A DNA stretch of 64,000 nt from Hemiscyllium ocellatum (taxonomy: Eukaryota): assembly GCF_020745735.1 (NCBI RefSeq), contig NC_083408.1:5841131-5905130 (forward strand). The letters are read 5' to 3'. Position 1 is the first letter of the stretch. Every line of letters begins with the position of its first letter. Of the stretch, positions 38,766 through 52,919 are shown in pieces. The notes under the pieces were generated by a model. The model was given only the letters and a program-made list of their open reading frames with translations. It was not told where the DNA came from and made no database searches. Both the position numbers and the translations under genes were made by a program.

Positions 38766-39459
38766 GTTAGGTAGGCTTCGGTCGGCGCAACATCGAGTGC
38801 CGAAGGGCCTGTACTGCGTTGTATTTTTCTATGTTCTATATTCTATGTTCTATTTACACCTTCACCTAAAACTACGGGCAATTTAACCGGGCCAATTCAC
38901 TTAACCTGCACATTTTTGAATTGTGTGAGGAAACTGGAGCACCCGATTAGGGTATCGGCTACATTCTTTGAATATTTTGATGGAGACTTGCCTTGTTGAT
39001 AACACATGTTTTACACGGAGGAACGATGTTTCTATCTAACGGTTAACAATATTCGAAATCCAACCTTATGAGTATTGGAAGTTCAACAATTGCACGACTG
39101 TTCTTGTTTCCCACAGAAAGACAATAATTCTCTCGTTCACATTCAAGGCGAGCTTATTCCACATTGATTTGTAAAAGAATCTCAGACAGCGTCTCCACAC
39201 TAAGGGAAGATCAGCAACAAATGGAAATATTTCTAAAACGATGTCCAGTTCCTCTAGTAAATGTCCTTTTTTTTTACTGACGGACAGTCGTGCAAATGAC
39301 AGTAGAACAGAATTGTGATGTTGAGGAGATGAACAAAACAGGGTAATAAAGACAAACATTATTGAAATAGATTTAGAGAGGGAATGATGGCAAAACAAAG
39401 TCAGACGCTCGTTTTATCGGAAAACAGATAGTGAGATACAAATTAAATCTGAAAGGGGA

Positions 39460-39555
39460 GAAAGAAGGAAAGAAAGAAGTGAAGAAAGAAGGAAGGAAGA
39501 AGGGACGAAAAAGGGAGGAAAGAAAGAAAGAAAGAAAAAGAAAGAAAGCAAAAAG
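39460..39555. repeat. Purine-rich (GAAA/GGAA)n microsatellite
   Basis: Directly visible low-complexity tract. Confidence 0.85.
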
Positions 39556-40539
39556 TGCAGGAACCATGATCATGTGGAGAATGGCGTTTCAAAAAAAAAT
39601 AATGCATCACTTTGTATGTCTTACGTGTTTAGAATACTTTAAACCCCAACAGAAAGAAGCCGATTTTGGGATAAACGGATTTTTGTGACCGCAGCCCGCG
39701 ACAATATTATGTATTTAGACCATAAAATGTTTCTTCAATGATTACCCCAGGGACGCTTTGGGTATCAATGGTTCGAGAACAAGGTAGGACATAATGAAGG
39801 GTACAGTTTTTAATGGCTGAGCGAATGGCGACAATAATGTACATGTGTTTCTGTGCTTTGGGCCAGATTAAAATGAAATGGGTGCACCAAACCTCTCATG
39901 AAGTTCCCTTTCAACATTCGTTCGTTCCAGTCAATATTCCTTCTGCTGATGTTTGGGCAGTCATCGTGAGACGTTTCCTGATGTTTTAAGGTATACGCAA
40001 GATACATCGGTCAAGTTGTTCAACATTCTAGCCTCAGCAGGGATTCAGTTGACTGCACGTGAAGCACAGTGCACATCTCTGGTCACCATATCACTTTCTT
40101 AGAAAATATTGAAGAGTGATGAGCAACTCGGAACTCATAAACCAACTGTACTTGACAATAATTCAGGCTTGTTTCCTTACGTATTTATTCCACATGTGTC
40201 ACATTGAATGAAAAGAGTGCAGAGACAGGGACGGACCAAGTGTTCAGCATTTGAAGCACCGTGCACAGTTCTGGACTCCAACCTCTGTTTAACAAAGGCA
40301 TGAGGGAACTCACACACTCTCTGTATTTTTCGGGCACAGCACACGGGGTTCACAGTGCACAGATCAGATACTCGGCATGCATCGTCGCCATGCACGTATC
40401 TTGCACCTCTAAATACGTTAGATACACGAGACTCCGATACCGCTGGTTTCATGGATTTTACTTCGATAATATTTGGAACACTTGATGCATTCCTCATGGC
40501 AGGCCGGCACAAAAGATAAAGTCAAACGGAAAAGGGATG

Positions 40540-42350
40540 AGTTTCCAAACTGAATACTGTCCAGCTACTTCATAGAAGGTAGATGGAAGCGGTCAAGGTC
40601 ATTTCTTTTCAGAATGGAGGCTATGACTGTTGGTGTTCAACAGGAATCAGTTCTAGTACATCTGCTGTTCATGATCTATGCAAATGATTTGAAAGGAAAT
40701 GTAGCTCGTGTAATTCAGAAGTTTGTGGTCAATGCAAAGGTCGCTGGATTTGCGGGTACTGAGGAGGATTGTAAGCAGATACAGGAAGATATAATTCATG
40801 TTAAGACATGGGCACGAAAATGGTAGATGGAATTTAACCTGGCCAAGTGTGAGGTGATGTATTTTGGAAAGTCACTTGCAGGTGGAAATTATAAAGTGAA
40901 CGGCAAAACCTTTCGGAGCATTGAAATGCCGACTGCTCCGAATGTGCAGGTCCACAGACCATTAGACATGTCAGCACAGGAAGATGACGAATTAAAAATA
41001 GACAAATGCAAATCTCCCCTCCTTGGAATGGGCATTGAGTACAAGGATAGTAGCTTTATCGATATTTAATTTGGCCATACTCGGAATATTGAAAACAGTT
41101 CTGGTCACATCCGAGCAGATGTATAAGGGATGCTCTGCGGAGTGTACATAATTTTAAACAAAATTTCTACTTTGAGGAAACAGGTCTTTTGGCATAACAA
41201 ATCCGCACCAACCCTCTCCAGATATTATCACCAAGATCACGTTCCTTATTACTGTACATTTTGCTCACTAGTGCATATCCCTGAACAGTATGGACAATTG
41301 TTTTGGCCAATCCACCTAACCTGCAGTTCCTTTAACTCTGGGGGAAAACCGGAGCCTCGGAGGAAGCCCACATAGACACGAGCAGAATGTGCACACTCCA
41401 CACAAAGGGTCGCACGAGGCTAGAATCGAAGTTGGGTCCCTGGCGCTGAAGCAGCAGTGCTAACCACTGAGCCATCGTTCCACCTCACCACTGAGTCACG
41501 GTGCTGCTCTGTTTAACAATACATTGCCTGTTTAGGGGGCTTGAGCTGGGAAGAATGGTTGGATATAGTGGACATGAATTCATGAGAGGGCAGGAAGTTG
41601 AGGGATGACTTAGTGGATGTTTAGAAATTGGTGAATGCTTTGATAGAGTGGAAGATATGAGGATATTGCCCAATGTAAGTGGTCAGAATGAAAAGTCATT
41701 GGTTCAAGGTGGGACAGCACACATATAAGAGAGATGTGCGTGGCTCCTTTTTGTGTTCAAAGAGTGATGAATGCGTGGAACGCTTTTTCAGAGGAGGTAC
41801 CGGTGGAAGAATATAAAATATCAGTGTTCTAGAAGCATCTGGACGATTACTTTTTTTTGGAAGGAAAGAGTGTTTTACGTATACTGTCAGCGCGGACAAT
41901 TTTAGTGTGAAAGGGCAAACTGTGGCAGCACAGGCCTCTCTGCCCAAAGTGTCTGTTTTCGTGGTGTGTTGTTCTTTGTTCTTTGTTATAGTTTTTTAGA
42001 GTACTACAGAATAGATGCAACAAGGGAGAGACTTCCGTTCGTAACGAACTTTACAGACTCTGCTTTTGATCCCTTGACAAATGTCTTCACATTGCAAGTA
42101 CCGTTCTAAATAGTTCTGAAATGTTAAAAGAGTTTCGTTTTATTTCGCAATTACAGGCGGCGACTTATACATTTTCACCAACATTTGAGTCGCAAAATAT
42201 GTTTCCTTAGAATCTCCTGAAACTGGTCTCTCCTTGCTGTAAGTCTAGGTCTGTGGTAATTCGTCCATCCATCTCGGGGAAAAGCGTCTTCAAATCCATG
42301 CTCTCCACAGCTCAATCACACATTTAAATCCGGCAATCACGTTCCCTCTG
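40540..42350. mobile_element. Degenerate CR1 3' fragments
   Basis: GVQQESVL...LFMIYAND and MEFNLAKCEVMYFG RT remnants. Confidence 0.75.
41165..41480 (-). mobile_element. HE1-related SINE, diverged
   Basis: GCAGCAGTGCTAACCACTGAGCC head and matching core. Confidence 0.8.
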
Positions 42351-44719
42351 CCTCAGTGAACCAACCCTGTCTGCATTTCATCATGTAAATTAGATTGATT
42401 GCACTTTGCACAATCAATATTTCTGCTGTCAATCTGCTTGGTCTTCTGACACATGGAACAATGTGTGTTTTTTATACACCTGTAATAGATCATACAGAGA
42501 ATACCAAATGTTACCAGTGAAAGCATTGTCAAGCAGATTTGCAAAATAGTCTGTAATACAGACCTCAGCATTCTTCATGAATGCATGACCATGACAGTAA
42601 TATTTCCTGATTGGTGATGCCAGTGAACTCTCCATTTCTGTTTCTCAGTTTTGTTTCTCCATCTCGACTTGCTTGAGTCATTTTCAAGTCAGATAATTGT
42701 GATCTAAGGGATCGTAACACAAAAGGGTATACACGACAAAACACCTGCAGTGTGCCTCAGTTACACTCATTCAAAAAGGAGCACCAATTTCACTTGAACC
42801 GCGTCAGAATCCTTGCATAGTATAAACAGAGACACACATCAGAATTCCTAGAGGCTAGGTTTTCAAACCACAACCCACCGACAAACATTTTGCCGCAAAT
42901 CCCACATTTGAACCACTCCAAAACAAACGTGATGCCACCCAGCTGAGCGGACCGGAGCACATAAATATCAAGCAGAGAAAAAACAGTGTTTCGCGGAAGT
43001 TGCACTGATGATATTATGTGTCATAGTGATGAAATGTTTGCATGATAATCCAACGCCATGGCAAGTAATGTATAACAACGTTCACATATTCTTTTCAATG
43101 TGGTTGAACAGGTGGAAAGGTGACTTGTGCATTAATGGTTCCATGAAAAAGTCTTATCCTTTTAAAAAATCGCAAATACAGAATATTTGCAATTTTGCAT
43201 AAAAAGAATGTGAGTGAAATTATAAGGTGTCAGCTTCAGTGATGCCAGATTAAGGAGAAATTTCAGCTTCTTGGATGAAGAAGATCATAAGTGAAAATAG
43301 CAGAACTGAACGAGATAATTAAAAAAGTGATTGCCCATTGACCTAAATATGTCTGCAGAAAAAGAACTAAATAGCCCGATGCACAGCCTGCTCATGCGAT
43401 TTGTACAGACAATTGTTGATTTGAGAAAGAGTTACGTAATGGTAGCAGGATCTACTTTGAACAAAGTATCATACAAACTCATAGACAGGGATTTCTGCAA
43501 ACAACACGCAGATGCGTGCAGGACACAGCTCTGTAACAGATCAGTGAGAACAGGCAACCTTTATTTTTGCAGCAAGTTTTAAAAAAAATAGGATCACACA
43601 ACAACAGAGACAAATGACAATCTTGTGGTTATGTCTTGTTAGATTCGAGTAGATCAGGCAACTTCATTCAGCTGTAGAAGCAAAAAAACTTTAGTTTTAT
43701 TAACGAAAAAATGTTGTCGAATTGGGGAATAAGTTAATGAGATTGAGAGCAGTAACTTTCATCTCAAAAGTCAACATGTGACGAGAATGTATGATAATGC
43801 AACTGAATGACAGAAGTTCACCGACTAACTGACCCTCCAATGTCAGGTGAAACAGAAACTGCCCACAACTCGTTCGGTAATGAATGACAACAGTAGCAGT
43901 ACGCATCTAACTAATATTATTTTAGTGCTGATGTCAGGAACCTGACAGCAATTTGGAACTAATAAACCCTTTTGTACCTCTTAGTACTAAGACAGTGGGA
44001 AATATAAATTGAACAGAATTTGAACGCTAAAGCACTAAACACAATGAGAAACAAAATTCAAGCAATCATTACAGATAAGGAAGTCAAACAAATGTCTGGA
44101 AAAGATTATAATCGTGAACTTAGGAATATGTATAATGGGACACACTGTAAGAGCCCATTGGTTGATGCTTATGGCTTATCATAAAATTGGGGAAGTAGCG
44201 CTTTCGATTGGGGTGTTCATCGTTGATATGATGCACAGATTAAGGGGAAGGAACAATGGCATTGTTGCAAGTAATCAATGTAATGCGAAACGAATATAAT
44301 ATTTTTTCCCCTGCGGAACTCTTTGGATCATTGACCTCTCATCTGGTTGAAGCTGACGACTCAGAGGACGAGTCAACCCCACGTGAAAGCCGTATTCGGA
44401 GTGGTCTCGATGTTCTCAAGTACCTGTAGTAAAGGATTCAAATAAAGATTTAGTTCAGAAGAGAGAAAACTATGAAACTCTGTACCAATATTTTCAAGAG
44501 CAGTGTCTGCTGCACTGTTATAAACATTATGAATGAACCTCACAAAGTACGAGAGTTGACCTTTATCTGCATTTCTTTTCTCCACGTGACATTGTGTTGT
44601 GCAGTGTGTTCTATTACATTGATTGGGTTGAATTTAGATTTGCCTGGATAGCACGTAAAACGACATTCTTCAATGTAACTTCTTAAAATGTGTAAAATAA
44701 CTCAAATAAATCAAATTAA

Positions 44720-47700
44720 TTGTAAATAATCGAGGTCATCTCACTGATGCATTTGACACACCCGCAGTCACTGAATTCCAGTCTTTAAAACAAACTTCAC
44801 AAATATTTCTGTCTTTGACAAGAAAGCCAATTATTAATCTAACAGACCGGCTTACATTGTTTTTCACCTGGCATAATGATCTGACCAATTCCACCAGGAG
44901 GAAACTTGGAAAATACTTGAGTACAGTCCATGTAGACACAATCCACTGTCGTACTCCAAGCCATCAAAACATGAATCAAATTTGTGCAACAACATTTCCC
45001 CAACACAAAGTCATGCGTGTCGAAATACAGATAAATGCTGTTCATAAGTATCTGAAGCAGTCATTTCGCTGCCAGTACTTGAGTCTCAGCGAACCATGAT
45101 TTCTTAAAATAATATTTTTTTCTTCCTCAACCATAGAAATGGCACTGGCTATCCTCCAGTGTTCTGAGACATTACCTGCATTTAGAGAGCATAGAATGAT
45201 CTCTGCACAGGGCACAGTATATTCACGGAATACGTCCCAACAAGACCGAGGGGCGTTAATATCTTTTTCAAATGCCAAATGACTCCTCATTAATATTTGC
45301 AGCTCTATAATACTTTGGTTAGACCGCACTTGGAATATTGCGTCCAGTTCTAGTCGCTCTATTATAGGAAAGATGTCGATGATTTGGAGAGGGTTCAGAG
45401 GAGGTTTACCAGGATGCTGTCTGGACTTGAGGGCTTATCTTATGAAGAGAGGGTGCTGAGATCGTACTTTTTTCATTGGAGAAAAGGAGGAGAAGAGGGG
45501 ACATAATTGATGTATACACGATAATGAGAGGCATAGATAGAGTCGATAGCCAGAGACTATTTCACAGGGTAGAAATGGTTCCCACGAGGGGTCATAGTTT
45601 TAAGCTGGTTGGAGGAAAGAACAGAGGTGATATCAGAGACTGGTTCTTTTCACAGAGAGTTGTGAGAGTATGGAATGAGTTGCCAGCAGCAGTTGTGGAA
45701 GCAAGGTCATTACCAACATTTAATAGACTGTTGGACATGCATATGGTCACAGAAATTTGAGGGAGCATACATGAGGATCAATGGTCGGCACAACATCGTG
45801 GACTGAAGGACCTGTTCTGTGCTGTACTGTTCTATGTTCTAATACGGAAAAGCCAAAACATATCTGTGCACCCATTTCAAATCTTACCGCTGGCAAATTT
45901 CTTATCCTTATAAAATGCTGATGCAAATACGCATTAAAAGACTCATTCAAATTATCAGGCCCGAAACATATATTTCCTTAGTTCTCCTTGAGACGACGTC
46001 CTGTTTATCCGACGTACCCGGTGGTCCTAACATGCACACAAATCTCTTTGCGATTCTCCTTAGTCCTACTTGCTAAGAGCATTTTATAGGCCCTTTCCCT
46101 CTCCTAATTCCTCCTTGAAATTAATCTTCGATGCTATCTTTACATTAAGCAAGCTTCTGGAATTTCTTCAGTTTTCTCACGCTCCATATTTTTCTTTTCT
46201 TCTCGACTGCTCTTTCAATATCTCCTATTATCCAACCTTCCCAAATTCTGCCACCATTAGCTTTCAACCCTACAGAGACGCGGTTTGACACAATCTCTGA
46301 TGAACGGGCTTTAAAATGCTTCCATCTGTCAGATGTGAACATGTAGATTTGCGTTCAGCAACTGCTCCATTCTAATTAGTCTCCATACAGCTTGTTACTT
46401 TCGTTATTACACTTTCCACTATTTACGCTTTCAGTTGGCGACTTGTTTTATCCTGATACATAAATATCCCGAATTTTACAGGACTATAATCACGAGTTCA
46501 CGAAATTCTGCCCAACTGAAAATTCAAACATCTCTCGAGGATCGTTACCAAATTGCAAGGACAACTGCCACCTCTTTACGGCTTAAATTATACACATATT
46601 GCTTCATGAAACACTCCTTCATTGAAATTCTGTCCCATCTCAACGGCTGGCACGAAGGAGTTCTCAATGTACAGAATACTAAGTAATGAGGAAGGTACAA
46701 CGATATTGGAATAAACACAGATCGAATACGTGAATGTTTAAAATGTATCGAATTTCTTTTCATGTGAGCAAATATGTAATTGCGGAATCTGCCAGGAAGA
46801 AACAAAGGAAAACATACATCAAAATCATCAGAACAAACAAAGCTCTGATACCTTGAGTAATTGAAGCATCCATATGAGTTGCACCAAATAAATATGAACG
46901 AAAATTAGATGTTTAAGATTATTACATCTGGAAAAGCTTTCAAAGCAAGTAACAATCACCCACAGATGTAACAGGAAAGAACTATTTACAAGAAGAGAGA
47001 ATAAATTCATCACTCCTTGAAGTTCACTCGCAAATCCTGCAAATTCTCCTGCACTGTCAATATCTTTTCTGTTTACATGAAGGAAAAAAGGAACTGACCA
47101 AGAAATTCATTATAGTGGCCTCAAGAAACACAAATGCTGTCACAGTTGGAACCCATGACTCTCCCACGTCTGTGAATCATCGACGTGGTTCAAATCAGGA
47201 ATGCGATAAAAAAATTCCCACTTTATATTATAAGTCCATATTGAACAACTTCCAACAAGCTTTACACCTTAAGGTCACCTGCACCATTTACAGAAGCAAT
47301 TTACTCAAATGAGCTGTTAGGACTTGCAGACATTTGAACATGTTCTTTAAAATACATAGATTCGCCAAAGTTGGAAACTCAGTTGGTAGGATTGTTAAGA
47401 ATGCAAATGATGTGTTGGCTTTCATTTGACGTGGCATTGAGTTGAAGAGCCGCAACGTTATGCTGTAGCTCTTTTAGTGCTGGTTAGACAACAGTTGGAA
47501 TATTGTGGTCAGTTAGGGTCACCTCATTATAGGAATAATAGCGAAATTATGGAGAGGGTGCAGAGGGGATTTTAAAAGGATTCTGCCTGGACTGTAGGAC
47601 ATCATTTATGAGAATTAGGATGAGGGTGCTCCGGCTTATCTCTCTGGTGCGAAGAAAGATATGAGGTCTTTTTGATAGAAGTGTAAATATGACTAGAGGC

Positions 47701-48580
47701 TGGCACGAAGGAGTTCTCAGTCAATGTACAGAAAACTAAATAATGAGGAAGGTACAACGAGATTATAATAAACATAAATCGAGTGTGTGAATGTTTAAAA
47801 TGTATCGAATTTCTTTTCAGGTGAGCAAATATGTAATTGCGGAATCTGCCAGGAAGAAACAAAGGAAAGCATACATCAAAATCATCATAACAAAGAAAGC
47901 TCTAAAATCTTGAGTAATTTAAGCAACCACGTGAGTTGCACCAAATAAATATGAACGAAAAGTAGACGTTTTAGATTATTACATCTGGAAAGGCTTTCAA
48001 AGTGGCAAGTAACAATCACCCACAGACGTATCAGGAAGGAACTATTTACAAGAAGAGAGAATCGATTCATCAGTCTTTGAAGTTCACTCGCAATTCCTGC
48101 AAATACTCCTGCACTGTCAATATCTTTTCTGTTTACATTAATGAAAACCGAACTGACCAAGAAATTCATTATAGTGGTCTCAAGAAACCCAAATGCTATC
48201 ACAATTGGAACCCATGACTCGCCAAAGTCTGTGGATCATCAACATAGTTCAAATCAGGTGTGCGGCAAAACACCCCCACTTTATATTATAGGTCCATATT
48301 GAGCAACTTCCAACAAGCTTTACACTATAAGGTCACCTGCACCATTTACAGAAGCAAATCGAGTAGTAGACAGAGGCGCTTTCTCAGGGTGGAAATTTTC
48401 ATTACGAGGGGGCATAAATTTAGAATCAATGAAGAAAGGATTAGAGAAGAAGTCAGAGGTAATGTCTTTCCACAGAGAGCTGTCGGTGCGTGGAATGCAG
48501 TGCAAGCAGTGTTAGTAGAATCAAATGTATTCGAGACATTCAGTGTTTCTTGTATATGCGCATGGATGATAGTAAAATGA
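44720..48580. mobile_element. CR1 fragments, including a well-preserved 3' end (45290-45840, +) and a 3' fragment split by a duplication (47310-47697 and 48358-48580)
   Basis: EKRRRRGDIIDVY...TRGHSFKL...RVWNELP and a TTCTATGTTCT tail. Confidence 0.8.
46645..48357. repeat. About 655-bp direct duplication (46645-47299 and 47698-48357)
   Basis: Collinear, clearly similar copies; matching ORF pairs in the track (MFLPGRFRNYIFAH... twice). Confidence 0.92.
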
Positions 48581-48599
48581 AGGTTCTCTTCCCGTATCA

Positions 48600-51500
48600 A
48601 AGGTCTGCAACCCCATTGTCACTGAATTCTCCTTGCAACAACCTGAGAGCTCAACTTCACTCTGCTTTCTGAGGAACTGCCATTGACACTATTCCCCCTC
48701 TGTTCTTCCAGCAACAGCCTGTGACTCAAAACTATTATGTTTCCCGAGCAATTATCTGTGAAACCATTCCGATTCATCTGCCATACCAAAGAACTTTGAA
48801 CTCATCCTCGTTCATGTCTCTTTGAAAGGGAATGTAAATCCATCCCTGCCCTGTTCTCGAAGCAGAGCCTGTGACTCCATATCTACACTGTTACTAGCAA
48901 CTGCTTGTGAAACCATCCCCACTCTCTAAGCTTGTGATAACCTGTGAACACATCCTCATTCTTTACTCCTTGCAAGAGATGGTGAATTATTTCCTGCTCT
49001 GTCACTGTAGCAATGGACTGTCAATCCACTCCTACTCTGTTTTCCTCGGAACAGCCAGTGAGCCAATTCCCACTATGTTCCCCAAGCTACGACCTGTGAA
49101 CCCATCTCTATCCTGTTCAGCGAGTAATAGTCTGTGAACCCATCCTTACTCTGGTCATCTAGGAACAGCCTGACAACACGTCCCCACTCTGTTCTCCTAG
49201 CAACGGCCTTTTAACCATACTCAAATTGATCCCCTGTTAATGTTATATGAATCAAGACCCACACTCTTCCTAGTGCAACGTGCCGAGAACCTATCCTCAT
49301 TCTCTCCTTCTTGCAACAGGCTGTCAGCTGATCCCTTTCTGTTCTCCTCGCCATCTCCATGGACTCCATTCTCCCAGCAACAGGTTTTAACGCATCCACA
49401 ATCTGTTCCATGAGCAACATTTGTAATTTTACCCCTACGTTGCTGTTTTGGCAACTGCTTGTGAAACCATTCCCATTTCTGTTTACCTGACAAAGGGCTG
49501 TGAATCCATCATCACTCTTTTCTCCAAACAAAACCCAAGAACCCATGTTTATTCTACTCTCACGGCAATGTCCTCTCAAACCATCCTGGTCTGTTGCCCT
49601 CGTAATGACATGTTAATCCGGAATCACGCTTTTTTCTCGCACTTGCCTACGACTCCGTTCCCACTCTGTTGCCCTGGCAACTGCCTAAGAACCCAGACCC
49701 ACAATGTTTCCAGGGGAAGGCCTGTGAACTTCTTCCAACTCTGGTTGTCTATCAATAGACTGCGAAACCATTCCCACTCTGTCCAACGAGAAATAGTCTG
49801 TGAACCGTTTCCCACACTTTTTACCCTAGCAATAGTCTGTGAACCCACTCTGTCTATTTTCCCTCGCATAAAACCATTCACACTCTGCTAAACGAGAAAT
49901 AGTGTTTGAACCGATGCACAATCTTTTCTTCCACAAATGGCCTGTGAACACATCTCCTTGCTGTTACTCTGGTAACAGCCTGTGGCTTCATCCCAACTCT
50001 ATTCCCCTATCAACAGAGTGTTCGCATATTGAAACTCTTTTCAGCGTAATGTCCTGTGAACTCATTCCTATTTTGTTGTCCTTGCAATGGCCTTTGACCA
50101 AATCCTCACACCTTTCGTGGTGCAAGAGACTGTTAATCAATTTCTGCTTTCTTACCGTAGCAAAAGTTTATATCTCTACAGCTACTCTGTTCTCCTTGCA
50201 ACCACCTGTGAACCAATTCCCACGCTATTCCTCGAGAAGATGCCTGTGAATCAATCCATAATCTCGAAGCGAGCGGAAGCCTGTGAACACTTGCTCACTT
50301 GATAGAGTCTATGAATCTGTCCCCGATCTGTTTCCGGATCAACAGCCAGTGACTCACTCCTACGTTTTGTTTCTCCTGACGACTGTCTGTGATACAATTC
50401 CCATTCCATTTCCAAGAGCAAGGTACTGCATACCCATCCCTGTATCCATCTATGTTCTGTTCTACCAACAATGTCATCACTGCGGTGTTCCTGTAACAAT
50501 GGCCTCTTAACCCATCACCACTCTTTTATGCCGACGACTGCCTCTGACGCAGCCCCTACTCTGTTCCCAGGCAACCGACTGTTCAGTTATCTCAAAACTG
50601 TTCTAGCAACAACTTGTTCATCTATACCCACAACGCTATCCAGCAAAGACATGTGAATCATTTTCCACTCTGTTTATCTAACACAAACATGTGAAGCCAT
50701 TCACACGCTATTTCCCAAGAAATAGCCTGCAACTACATTCCCACTCTCTTGTCCGAGCAACAGCCTGGAAACACATACCAGCGCTGTTACCTTGGTAATA
50801 GCCTCCGAGCCTATCCTGTTCCCCTGTCAACAGCCTGTGATCTCATCTACACTTTGATTCCCGAGTGACAGCCCGTGAGCCGATCCCAACATTGTCTAAC
50901 TAACAGAGGCCTGTTAGCTCGTCAGTTCTCCTCTCAATGCCTTGTGATACATCCCCTTTCTCTTCTCCTCCCAACAGAGCGAACCCATCCACGCAACGGC
51001 CCATGAACCCATGCCCACTCGGTTCGATAAATCGCCTCTGAATCCGTCCCCACACTGTTCCCATGTTAACGTCCTCTGGCCTCTTTCTTGCTGTTTGCAG
51101 AGCATGGACTGTGAACCCATCCATGCTCTGTTTCCCAAGCAACAGCATGCAATCCCATCCCCAAACTGTCTCCCTCGTAAAAGCCTGCTAACTGTGTTCC
51201 CCAATCAACCACCTGTTAGCTCATTCAGACTCTGTTCTGTTGGAAACGGCTGGTGTTCCCATTGCAACACTGTTCCACTCACCAGGGCCGATGAACCAAT
51301 CCCCTCTCTGTTAACCTAGCAACGATCTGTGAAATCGTCCCCAATGCGTTCTCCCAGCGACATCCTGTGCTCGCCTCCACTCTGTTCTCTCAGCAAGGGC
51401 CGATGAACCCAGCTCCACACTGTTAGCCGAGCAATAGCTGGTGACCCCGTCCCCCGTCTGTTTGATCAGCAACAGCCTGTGGCTACATACACAATGTTCT

Positions 51501-52915
51501 GTAGAAACGTCATGTGAAACCATGCCCAATCCGTTCTCCTAGAAACGCTTCTGACCCCAGCCCCATTCTGTTCCCCGAGCAATGACCTGGGTCCTCATCT
51601 CCACGCTCTTCTCACAGCACGGCCTGTGGCTCTCGTATAAAATGGTTCCCTAGCAACTTCCCGTCAACCCATGCCCAATCTGTTCGACTAGCAACGTTCT
51701 GTAGACCCATCCTCAAGCTGTTCCCCCAGAAACGACCTGCGACCAATTTTTGACTCTTTTTCTCTTCGTAATGGCCTGTGAAACCATTCCCACTGTCTTT
51801 GCCTACCAAACGACTGTGAACCAATCAACACAGAATTGTCCTTCCGACATCCTGTGAATATATTCCAACACAGGTTGCCGATCAACAGTCGCTGAATCCA
51901 TATCCACGCTGCTCTCCAAGGTCATACCTTTGACCCAATCCCCATTCTGAATCCATTGCAACAGGCTCTGACCCTTTTCCGATTCTGTTCCCCTTGTCTA
52001 ACCCCGTGAACTAATCTACATATGTTTTTCTTGCAACAGTCTGTGACCCTATCTCTACTCTGTTCTCTGAGCAATGGCTTGTGATCCAATCCTCACTCTG
52101 TTTCCCGAGCAATGGCCTCTTAACCCATTCGTACTCTGTTTCCATAGCAAATGCATTTGATAACACCATCCATTTGTTCTCTGAACAACGTCCTGTGCAT
52201 CGTTCCACACCCTTTTCGCCTGGCAGCGGTCTGTGTCCCCATGCTCACTCGATTCCACTAGCAGCGGCCTGTGATCTCCCAGCCATGTTCAGTGAACATA
52301 TCCCGACTCAATTCTCCTAGCTCCAGCCTGTGAATCTATTCGTCATTCTTTTCATTGAGCAATGGTTTGTGAACTTGTCCCAACTCTGTTCTCCTCGCAA
52401 GGCCTGTGAAGCTATCCCCATATTGCTGATCAATCAACTTCCTGTGAAACCATTCCCAACTATGTTTCTTCGGCAGCCAGCTGTGAAACCAAACTCACTG
52501 TTTTTTGCTTACAAAAGTCGAAGTACTCATGCTTCCTCTATTATGCCATCAATGTCATGTGATGCCATCCATGCTCTTTTCCTCTTGAAACACTTGTCAT
52601 CCAATCACAACGTTCTTTTTTCCAGGAAAGGCCTATAACTCCATCGACACATGTTCGCCTTGCAACTGCCTGTGAAACTATCTTGAACTCTGTTCTACTG
52701 GTTTCCGCCTGTGAATCATAAATCACAACCTTTCCCCAGAAAAGGCATGTGCACCCATTCCCACTGTATTTATGGAATAATAGCCTATGAAGCCATTCAC
52801 ACTCTATTTACTGAGTAACAGCCAGTGAAATCATTCTCTCTCTGTTTACCTCGCAATAACTTGTGAACATATTTACACTGTCTTGTGCCTCGCAACATCT
52901 TGTTAGTTCGTTGTT
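48600..52915. repeat. Degenerate 38-bp tandem satellite, left block (roughly 110 units)
   Basis: Consensus approximately AGCAACGGCCTGTGAACCCATCCCCACTCTGTTCTCCT recurring throughout. Confidence 0.9.
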
Positions 52916-52919
52916 TCAG

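Larger units (their letters stand above)
34591..38852 (+). mobile_element. Full-length CR1 (HER1-like) LINE, young but disabled
   Basis: CpG-rich 5' UTR, ORF1, ORF2 (APE endonuclease plus RT) and a 3' tail ending in (TTCTATG)n. Inserted inside a SINE. Confidence 0.95.
34481..38945 (-). mobile_element. HE1-type SINE split into 34481-34590 and 38853-38945 by the CR1 insertion
   Basis: The flanks rejoin as CATTCCCCGACA|TTTACACCTTCACCTAA, matching the contiguous sequence in other SINE copies. Confidence 0.88.

Noticed and set aside
39373-39688. Lys/Glu-rich and Phe/Ser-rich ORFs
   Set aside because: Translations of the purine microsatellite.
39100-42600. Isolated exon-like acceptor/donor pairs (near 39695-39783 +, 40314-40408 -, 42367-42479 -)
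   Set aside because: No consistent strand or phase chain and no recognisable peptide; indistinguishable from chance without homology searches.
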